NCBI GenBank assembly: GCA_038062955.1
Contig: JBBTWE010000001.1
Span: forward strand, 519,640 to 552,270
Length of the DNA stretch: 32,631 nucleotides
From: Patescibacteria group bacterium
GTDB lineage: Bacteria > Patescibacteriota > Minisyncoccia > Phycocordibacterales > BOKC01
Reading direction: 5' to 3'
The translations under genes and the position numbers were made by a program. Below the pieces are notes generated by a model. That model was not told where the DNA came from. It made no database searches and saw only the letters and a program-made list of their open reading frames with translations. Of the stretch, positions 1 through 6,263 are shown piece by piece (positions within the stretch are counted from its first letter, which is position 1; the number at the start of each line of letters is the position of its first letter).

Positions 1-267
1 GATCATCGCCTGCGGTTTTCGGCTTAATTTTTCAAGCCAAGGATATTTTTCAAAGATTCGTATTCCCTTTTTGCGGCCGATCATAAACCAGCAAATATCA
101 GCAGTAATAGCGCCCAGAATGGCAAAGAGAAGAATGAAATGCAATTTCAAAATCCCAGCGTAGGCAACAAGTCCGCCTAAAACCAGAACTACTTCCCCCT
201 CAAGCATAGAGCCGAGGAAGATGAATGGATAACCGTAGGTAAGAATTAGATCAGTGAAGTTAGTCAT
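1..267 (-). CDS. DedA-family membrane protein. The N-terminal 89 codons are in the window; the C-terminus runs off the left edge.
   Basis: Not in the ORF track because it is open at the edge. Reverse-strand ATG at 265-267 opens MTNFTDLILTYGYPFIFLGSMLEGEVVLVLGGLVAYAGILKLHFILLFAILGAITADICWFMIGRKKGIRIF... The LEGE motif, hydrophobic helices and IGRKxG are the usual DedA pattern. Confidence 0.7.
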   Translation of the reverse strand, partial: MTNFTDLILTYGYPFIFLGSMLEGEVVLVLGGLVAYAGILKLHFILLFAILGAITADICWFMIGRKKGIRIFEKYPWLEKLSRKPQAMI

Positions 268-375
268 CAATAGTTAAATTTTATAAAGACGTAAAGTTAT
301 AAATCAGAGAGTTAATTTAAGATTTATGATTTCAGATTTAAGAATAAAAGACTCTTAACTTTTCAAAATTCTAGA

Positions 376-2034
376 TTAATCACGCTTTGTTTTATGATTA
401 ATGGAAGCTTTGATGAATGCGGTGAAAAGCTTGTGCGGCTCAAGTGGACGGGCGCGGAGTTCGGGGTGGAATTGAGTGCCAAGCATGAAAGGATGTACTG
501 ATTTAGGAAGTTCGGCTATTTCTTTGAGTTTCCCATTTGGTGACTCTCCAGAGAAAACGATTCCGGCTTTTTCCAACTCCTCAACAAATTTAGGATTGAT
601 TTCGTAGCGATGACGATGCCTTTCTGAATCCACTCTTTTTGAGCCATATATTTCCCTCGCAAGAGTTCCCTCTTTGAGTTCACACGGATATGCCCCAAGT
701 CGCATTGAACCTCCGTAATCTTTTCGAGCCAACTTTTCTTTTTGTTCCGGAAGAATATCAATCACCGGAAAAGGAGTTTTTGGATTTATTTCTGTCGTGT
801 TAGCGTCTTTCATTCCGGCCATGTGCCTGGCATATTCAATTACCATCATGTGAAGACCGTAGCAGAGTCCGAAATAAGGAATTTTATTCTCTCTAGCATA
901 TTTGGCGGCCATAATTTTGCCTTCGATTCCAGTTTCTCCAAATCCTCCAGGGACAATCAACCCATCGTATTTTGAAAGTTCTTTAACAGACAAAACATTG
1001 TTTTGGATATCTTTGGCGTTCAACCAAACGATTTCAGGCTTGACTCCCTCTTCATAGGCAGAGAATTTAATTGCCTCTATAACAGAAATATAAGCATCAG
1101 AAAGAACGAAGTTTCCCGTATCAAAATACTTGCCGACAATGCCGATTTTAACTGTTTTCTTACCGTTATGAGCATGTGAGGCAAACTTTTTCCATTCATT
1201 CATGTCGGACTCTTGCTTGCCACGTTTACCAAGCGCCTTAAGAATCAGGTTGGATAAATTATCACGTTCAAAATTTAGAGGAACATCATAGATTGAACTC
1301 ACATCTGGCGCAGAAATAATATTATCTACTGGAACATTGCACGAGATGGCCAGTTTTTCTTTTCGTTTGTTGTCGAGTGATTGGCTTGCGCGAGCGATAA
1401 TAAAATCAGGCTGAACACCGTAGGCATTGAGTTGTCGCACTGCATTCTGTGTCGGCTTGGTTTTCATTTCTCCGATCGTGCCCGGCACTGGCAAATATGA
1501 GACCATCATAAATAGCACGTCATGAGGATTTTGGAGATGAATCACTCGCGCGGCATCGATAAACAAAGCGTTGGAAAAATCACCGAGAGTTCCGCCGATC
1601 TCCACCACCGTAAAATCTGAGCCAGCTTTTTTTGCTGAATGTTTAAGCCTTTCTATTATTTCATCTCGCACATGTGGCACCGCCTCAACACATTTTCCAC
1701 CGTAACCTAGATTGCGTTCCTTCTCTATCACCGACTTATAAATCATGCCGGAAGTCATGTAGTCTTCTGGCCCTAGGTCGCGGTTCAAAAATCTTTCGTA
1801 GTTTCCCATGTCTTGATCAGTCTCAAGACCTGAATCCAAAACGAAACACTCACCGTGTTCCGTTGGATTCATCGTGCCGGCATCAACATTAAGATATGGA
1901 TCGATTTTTAGCAGATTTACTTTGAAGCCACGAGCTTGAAGGATTTTGCCGATCGAAGCAGAAGCAATGCCTTTCCCCACTCCGGACATGACTCCCCCGA
2001 CAACAAATATGTATTTGTGATTTTTATTTTTCAT
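376..2034 (-). CDS. pyrG: CTP synthase
   Basis: 552 aa. N-terminal synthetase motif VVGGVMSGVGKGI. C-terminal class I glutamine amidotransferase with nucleophile elbow GLCYG and FHPE. Full-length architecture. Confidence 0.97.
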   Translation of the reverse strand: MKNKNHKYIFVVGGVMSGVGKGIASASIGKILQARGFKVNLLKIDPYLNVDAGTMNPTEHGECFVLDSGLETDQDMGNYERFLNRDLGPEDYMTSGMIYKSVIEKERNLGYGGKCVEAVPHVRDEIIERLKHSAKKAGSDFTVVEIGGTLGDFSNALFIDAARVIHLQNPHDVLFMMVSYLPVPGTIGEMKTKPTQNAVRQLNAYGVQPDFIIARASQSLDNKRKEKLAISCNVPVDNIISAPDVSSIYDVPLNFERDNLSNLILKALGKRGKQESDMNEWKKFASHAHNGKKTVKIGIVGKYFDTGNFVLSDAYISVIEAIKFSAYEEGVKPEIVWLNAKDIQNNVLSVKELSKYDGLIVPGGFGETGIEGKIMAAKYARENKIPYFGLCYGLHMMVIEYARHMAGMKDANTTEINPKTPFPVIDILPEQKEKLARKDYGGSMRLGAYPCELKEGTLAREIYGSKRVDSERHRHRYEINPKFVEELEKAGIVFSGESPNGKLKEIAELPKSVHPFMLGTQFHPELRARPLEPHKLFTAFIKASINHKTKRD

Positions 2035-2057
2035 GATGGTAAGGATTTCGTACGGGA

Positions 2058-2978
2058 CTACTTAAGGTAACGACGGGAAGCAAGATAACTTGAAATCGCC
2101 CCGATAACTATGCCCGACAGAACAATCATTGCTGATATCTCCAGAAAATTCTGCATATAATAATCAAAAGCGTTAAAGGAAATAAAGAATCTATTAGACA
2201 TGTCTGCGAGCCATAATGTTGTCGGAAAGAATATCAGTAAAGTCAAAACTGATGCAAAAAATCCATAAAGAACGCCGCTCACAACGAATGGCCCTCTTAT
2301 GTACGAAGAATCCGCCCCCACAAGTTTCATAACAGAAATTTCATCGCGAGATATGTATATTGCGAGTCTAATTGTATTGAAAGTGATGAGAACCGACATA
2401 ATGACTAACACGGCTGTGATAATAAACCCCAATTTCTCGGAAGAATTTATAATGTTTGAAAGTTTGTCTATGGCGGTTTTGTTTTGAAAGAAATTTATCT
2501 TATCAATAATTGAAGCTCCGGAATTGGAAACAGGTTCTTTGTTTTGAAGAAAATTGGCAACACTCTCGTATTGAGATGGATCTTTGGCTTTAATGTTAAG
2601 CGAACTTCCGAGCGGGTTGTCCCCTAGCTCTTCGAGCGCCTGAAGAATCAATTGGTCGTCTCCGTGTCTTTGTTTAAAATTCACCAGAGCTTCCTCACGA
2701 GAAGTGTAAGAAACATTTTCTACTTCAGAAAGAGCTTCTAATTTATCCTTGAGATTCAAAATTTCCTGTTCCTCGGCCGTCGTTACAAAAGTAACCCTGA
2801 TATCAACTTTATCTTTGAGAGCTTCGAGAGTTGAATTTAATATTGCCGATGAGAAAATAACAGACCCGATAACAAAGAGAGTGACGAGCATCACCAAAAC
2901 AGAAGAGAAAGAAACAAAGCCGTTTCGAAAAAAGTTAAAAAAACCTGATCTGATTATTCTTTTGATATGGACGAACAT
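2058..2978 (-). CDS. ftsX: Cell-division ABC-transporter permease-like protein FtsX
   Basis: 306 aa. One N-terminal TM, an extracytoplasmic loop, then three C-terminal TMs. It starts 7 nt after the ftsE stop, the classic ftsEX pair. Confidence 0.85.
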   Translation of the reverse strand: MFVHIKRIIRSGFFNFFRNGFVSFSSVLVMLVTLFVIGSVIFSSAILNSTLEALKDKVDIRVTFVTTAEEQEILNLKDKLEALSEVENVSYTSREEALVNFKQRHGDDQLILQALEELGDNPLGSSLNIKAKDPSQYESVANFLQNKEPVSNSGASIIDKINFFQNKTAIDKLSNIINSSEKLGFIITAVLVIMSVLITFNTIRLAIYISRDEISVMKLVGADSSYIRGPFVVSGVLYGFFASVLTLLIFFPTTLWLADMSNRFFISFNAFDYYMQNFLEISAMIVLSGIVIGAISSYLASRRYLK

Positions 2979-2985
2979 AATTTTA

Positions 2986-3666
2986 TTATAAAACGTAACG
3001 GCCTTCTTTAGAATCTCTAATAATCTTCCCTTCTTCCATTGAAATCACACGTTTCCCCAAAGAATCGATGACTCCTTTGTTGTGGGTGGTTAGAATAACA
3101 ATCGTTCCGAAATCGTTTATTTTTTTCAAAATCTGAATAATCTCAAAAGTATTCAAAGGGTCCAAGTTCCCTGTCGGTTCATCGGCAATCACGATATCTG
3201 GCTGGTTTACAATCGCTCTTGCAATAGCCACTCTCTGCTTTTCTCCGCCAGAAAGTTCGTTTGGGAAACTCCAAAACTTTTTTCCAAGATCAACCAGTTC
3301 TAAAACATGCGGCACATCTGATTCTATTTCTTTATCGGTCCTACCAGCCGCTTCCATGGCAAAAGACACGTTTTCATAAACGGTCTTATGCGGAAGCAAA
3401 CGAAAATCCTGAAAAATAACTCCAATACGACGGCGATAATAAATCATCTCTCGTTTTTTGAGAGAGTGAATGTCTATGGATTGCAAAAATACTTTCCCTT
3501 TTGTCGGAGCCTCTTCGGCCAAGAGCATTTTAAGAAGTGTGGTTTTACCCGCGCCGGAATGTCCGACAATAGACACGAACTCCGCCGGCTCAATCGAGAG
3601 CGTTATATCGTGGAGGGCCGGTGTGGCGTCTGCATAGACTTTGGAGACACGATCAAAGTAGATCAT
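2986..3666 (-). CDS. ftsE: Cell-division ATP-binding protein FtsE
   Basis: 226 aa ABC ATPase. Walker A GHSGAGKTT, signature LSGGEKQR, Walker B IVIADEPT. Adjacent to ftsX. Confidence 0.92.
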   Translation of the reverse strand: MIYFDRVSKVYADATPALHDITLSIEPAEFVSIVGHSGAGKTTLLKMLLAEEAPTKGKVFLQSIDIHSLKKREMIYYRRRIGVIFQDFRLLPHKTVYENVSFAMEAAGRTDKEIESDVPHVLELVDLGKKFWSFPNELSGGEKQRVAIARAIVNQPDIVIADEPTGNLDPLNTFEIIQILKKINDFGTIVILTTHNKGVIDSLGKRVISMEEGKIIRDSKEGRYVL

Positions 3667-3673
3667 AAATATT

Positions 3674-3869
3674 ATTCACATTCTATAAATTTCAGATTCG
3701 GATACAGACCGAGGCGCAAGCGAGTCGGAAATTTTATATCACTTCGTGATAAAAAATCTCCCGACATGATTTCTATGGTGTAGAAATCAGAACCGTACCG
3801 AGACGTATTTAATAATACGTTGAGGGAGGCTCGGAGCGAAGTAACGATGGTATGTGCCGAATGTGGAAT
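3674..3869. repeat. Intergenic palindromic repeat element, copy A. It fills the ftsE-prfB spacer.
   Basis: Terminal inverted repeat attcacattc (3674-3683) / gaatgtggaat (3859-3869). The reverse complement of the core at 3795-3850 (cgttacttcgctccgagcctccctcaacgtattattaaatacgtctcggtac) aligns closely with 16527-16585 (copy B). The far end also aligns (ctcgcttgcgcctcgg..atccgaat vs ctcgctcgcgccttg..atccaaat). Confidence 0.55.
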
Positions 3870-4760
3870 TTATAGATCTTTTTCTGCGTCTAAGAATACA
3901 TCTATATTACCATTTAATACACTTTCGACATCACTTGTTTCAACATTTGTTCTGTGGTCTTTTACCATTTTGTACGGATGCATAACGTAAGACCTTATCT
4001 GGCTTCCCCATTCAATATCAGTGGTCTTTGAAACGTACATTTCTCCTTCTTTACTGATTCTTTCTTTCTCCAACGCATGAAAAATTTTCCCACGGAGAAT
4101 TTGCATGGCTTTTTCTTTATTTTGGGCTTGAGAACGCTGATTTTCGGAGTGAGCAGCCAAATTTGTTGGAATATGCACCACCCTCACGGCCGTTTCTCTT
4201 TTGTTAACGTTCTGTCCACCGGGGCCACTTGATCTTGAGAACTCAAGTCTAATTTCTTTGTCCGGAATTTCGAGCTCGGTCACCTTATCAAATTTTGGAA
4301 TAACTTCGACAAGCGAAAAAGAAGTGTGACGGAGTTTCTTCGCGGAGAATGGAGAGACGCGGACCAAACGATGGACCCCGGACTCGTTTTTTAAAGTTCC
4401 ATAAACATTTTTGCCACTTATTTCAATTGTGACGTTTCTAAATCCCCCGTGATCGTTCTGGTGTTCATGCACCAGAGAAACAGACCAGCCCTGCTTTTCT
4501 ATAAATTTGTAATACATTTCCAAAAGCATATGAGAAAAATCTTCAGCATCGTCTCCGCCTGCACCTGAAAAAATACTCATGATAGCATCACCTTTATCGT
4601 ATCTTCCGATGCCATCTTTCTCTAGCTTAAGATCATTGTATTCTTTAACAATTTTTTGGGCATGATCCTTGTTTTGCCAAAACGAGGCGTCAGCCATATC
4701 ACGCTCCAACTCTAATATTCGAGCTAGAATCTCTTCACTTTTGTTTTTCCTTTCTTTCAT
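3870..4760 (-). CDS. prfB: Peptide chain release factor 2 (short form, single ORF)
   Basis: 296 aa. SPF tripeptide (RVSPFS) marks RF2. GGQ motif in SGPGGQNVN. RF-1/PCRF domain order. No upstream frame-0 ORF ending in CTT TGA was found. Confidence 0.93.
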   Translation of the reverse strand: MKERKNKSEEILARILELERDMADASFWQNKDHAQKIVKEYNDLKLEKDGIGRYDKGDAIMSIFSGAGGDDAEDFSHMLLEMYYKFIEKQGWSVSLVHEHQNDHGGFRNVTIEISGKNVYGTLKNESGVHRLVRVSPFSAKKLRHTSFSLVEVIPKFDKVTELEIPDKEIRLEFSRSSGPGGQNVNKRETAVRVVHIPTNLAAHSENQRSQAQNKEKAMQILRGKIFHALEKERISKEGEMYVSKTTDIEWGSQIRSYVMHPYKMVKDHRTNVETSDVESVLNGNIDVFLDAEKDL

Positions 4761-4876
4761 CCCGTACGAAAGTAGGACACGGACTGAATAAATTATCCTT
4801 GCCCTATTTTAAAGTTAAATAATAAATTCAATGTTCCTGATTACATTCCCGCATGGTGTCCGTGACTTCGTACGGG
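4761..4876. mobile_element. MITE-like palindromic insertion E1, abutting the prfB start codon
   Basis: Imperfect terminal inverted repeats cccgtacgaaagtaggacacggac (4761-4784) and gtccgtgacttcgtacggg (4858-4876). Flanked by direct repeat ttcat (4756-4760 and 4878-4882), which is ATGAA on the coding strand. No ORF inside. Confidence 0.5.
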
Positions 4877-4974
4877 ATTCATATTCGCGTCCTGATTATA
4901 TAAGAAGATGTTGGATTTTAAAAATGAGATAAAGGGCATTAACCCTTTGATCCGTCTTCGCTCGCGGATCATGG

Positions 4975-5010
4975 GAATGTAGGTCGATCGGTGATGATCG
5001 ACCTACATTC
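4975..5010. repeat. Perfect 15-bp inverted repeat hairpin
   Basis: gaatgtaggtcgatc (4975-4989), loop ggtgat, gatcgacctacattc (4996-5010). The flanks continue as a degenerate palindrome (cgctcgcgg / ccgctcgc). The string atgatcgaccta recurs near 16470. Confidence 0.8.
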
Positions 5011-5043
5011 TCGCGATGCCGCTCGCTAGCCGGAATAAAAAAA

Positions 5044-5150
5044 GAAGCCACAGGAGGAAGGACTTCATCCCCGAGAGAGATTTCTACGCACCTCGGAGGG
5101 AGGGCGCTTCATCCTGATGTTAGGGGTTTATATTCCTATCCTGTGGCTTC
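5044..5150. other. GC-rich structured non-coding segment closed by a 12-bp helix; family unknown
   Basis: gaagccacagga (5044-5055) pairs perfectly with tcctgtggcttc (5139-5150). There is an inner helix ccgag/ctcgg. On the minus strand the closing helix is followed by a T7 run. No conserved motif of SRP RNA, tmRNA or RNase P RNA was recognised. Confidence 0.4.
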
Positions 5151-5272
5151 TGTCTACATACAATATACAGGAATTTAAAATAAAGAGAAGTCATGATTGT
5201 TCATACAGAACATCAAAGATGATTGAAAATATTTGAAAAACGTAATAAGGTTATAAGGTTGAAAAATAAACT

Positions 5273-5540
5273 GCCGTTGTAGCTCAGTTGGTAGAGCACG
5301 TCATTGGTAAATCAAATTGCCCTTCATTTTGGAAACATAGTGATGAAGCCCGAATTACGGTTAAAGTCCATGCGAGTGGATAAGACCGTGGCGAAAGAGT
5401 CGCCCGAACGACTGACAAGGGACGCTAAATCAAAAGGATATGCGTAAGATACAGTCTAACCCTTTTATAAGTCGGTTGCGACGAAACTAAGGTATATGTG
5501 AATGACGAGGTCTCCGGTTCAATCCCGGACAACGGCTCCA
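5273..5540 (+). tRNA. tRNA-Thr(GGU) interrupted by a 192-nt insert in the anticodon loop; CCA encoded
   Basis: Exon 1 (5273-5308) is GCCGTTG TA GCTC AGTTGGTA GAGC A CGTCA TTGGT. Exon 2 (5501-5540) is AA TGACG AGGTC TCCGG TTCAATC CCGGA CAACGGC T CCA. Joined, they give a canonical cloverleaf with every stem Watson-Crick and anticodon loop TTGGTAA. Confidence 0.85.
5309..5500 (+). ncRNA. Putative group I intron within tRNA-Thr(GGU), inserted between positions 36 and 37
   Basis: The 5' exon ends in U5308 and the insert ends in G5500. A P1-like hairpin GGT|AA-ATCAAA-TTGCC puts a U.G wobble at the 5' junction. Further helices: CTTCAT 5322-5327/ATGAAG 5343-5348, ACGG 5357-5360/CCGT 5386-5389, TCCA 5367-5370/TGGA 5377-5380, GGCGA 5390-5394/TCGCC 5400-5404. 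CTAAGG lies 8 nt before the 3' junction. No ORF inside. Not confirmed by a covariance model. Confidence 0.5.
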
Positions 5541-5602
5541 TTTTAGGAGCTAGGCAATTATAGGCTCTAGGCACTAGGAAAAAATTTGGTAAATATACAA
5601 TA

Positions 5603-5623
5603 AAAAAAATGCCGATGTAGCTC
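5603..5623 (+). repeat. Orphan duplicate of the 5' end of tRNA-Thr(CGU) plus its upstream A-tract
   Basis: aaaaaaatgccgatgtagctc at 5603-5623 versus aaaaaattgccgatgtagctc at 5722-5742. Only the first 13 nt of the tRNA are duplicated; no cloverleaf follows. Confidence 0.6.
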
Positions 5624-5662
5624 CCCAGTAGTATAAGCTCGAGTACTCGCTTAACTACGGGG
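5623..5662. repeat. 40-nt palindromic unit of the CCCGTAG...CTACGGG family
   Basis: ccccagtag (5623-5631) pairs with ctacgggg (5655-5662). Inner helices are aagc/gctt and cga/tcg. It resembles the nested unit gtcccgtagtgaaagc-ttcg-cttctactacaggac at 19564-19598. Confidence 0.5.
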
Positions 5663-5729
5663 CAGGCAGTAAGACTTTATAACTAAGTCGTCATTTTTTT
5701 GTTCTGATAGAATATGAGAACAAAAAATT

Positions 5730-5802
5730 GCCGATGTAGCTCAGTTAGCAGAGCACCACTTTCGTAAAGTGGGGGTCGACAGTGCAATTCTGTCCATCGG
5801 CT
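5730..5802 (+). tRNA. tRNA-Thr(CGU) with non-canonical D- and T-loops
   Basis: GCCGATG TA GCTC AGTTAGCA GAGC A CCACT TTCGTAA AGTGG GGGTC GACAG TGCAATT CTGTC CATCGGC T. All stems are perfect. The D-loop has AG where GG is expected. The T-loop is TGCAATT, with G at position 55. CCA is not encoded. Confidence 0.85.
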
Positions 5803-5806
5803 CCTT

Positions 5807-5843
5807 TTAAAATAAAAAGGCAGTGGTTTTTCAACACACTGCC
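5807..5843 (-). terminator. Rho-independent terminator downstream of the cupin gene
   Basis: Stem ggcagtg (5819-5825) / cactgcc (5837-5843). On the minus strand it is followed by tttttatttt (plus-strand 5809-5818). Confidence 0.7.
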
Positions 5844-5894
5844 CTGCTTTCATTCAACCCCAAAGAACTGTCGAGAGACGATCTCTTCCCTTTT

Positions 5895-6263
5895 CTACTC
5901 GACGAGCGTCGAACCCCGAGGTTGGTGATAGAGGCCGTGCCAAAAAACCGCATGTGGCGCATGAACCGAATCCTCTGGGAGAAAAACAACCGACCCAGAA
6001 GAATAGATGACCTCATGACCATGAGCTATGGTGTCGTAGAGGGCACCAGAAATGGTGAGGATCATCTCACCATACTTACCACCAGAATTGTGCCGATGTT
6101 TCGGAACGGTGCAATTCTCGATGACGGCCATGACCCAAAGTTCACCCGTCTCTCTGTTTCCGCTCACGACAGCATAAGCTGTCCTACCCTTTCCATCAGC
6201 GCTTGGATGAACCTTCCACTTCAATTGTGGGTACGTAGCAACAACCTGATCGAGACCACTCAT
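5895..6263 (-). CDS. Small cupin-domain protein (122 aa)
   Basis: I prefer the internal ATG at 6261-6263 to the track start at 6410, because AAAGGAGG lies about 7 nt upstream. The product is MSGLDQVVATYPQLKW... with cupin-like motifs PKHRHNSGGKYGEMILTISG and GSVVFLPEDSVHAPH. It is visibly more GC-rich than its neighbours. The overlapping plus-strand ORF 5823-6296 is treated as an antisense artefact. Confidence 0.72.
   Translation of the reverse strand: MSGLDQVVATYPQLKWKVHPSADGKGRTAYAVVSGNRETGELWVMAVIENCTVPKHRHNSGGKYGEMILTISGALYDTIAHGHEVIYSSGSVVFLPEDSVHAPHAVFWHGLYHQPRGSTLVE

Noticed and set aside
516-3783. Track ORFs 516-761(-), 742-975(+), 1674-1892(+), 2299-2487(+), 2749-2991(+) and 3388-3783(+), nested in or antisense to pyrG, ftsX and ftsE.
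   Set aside because: All lie inside or opposite strongly supported genes. They have low-complexity or odd composition, no SD and no recognisable motifs.
4761-4900. An N-terminal extension of RF2, or a frame-0 leader ORF for programmed frameshifting, hidden in the 116-bp element.
   Set aside because: The main frame upstream is closed by TAA. No ATG-initiated frame-0 ORF ends in CTT TGA. The short ORF from the upstream ATG (MNPVRSHGHHAGM*) ends 80 nt before the real start.
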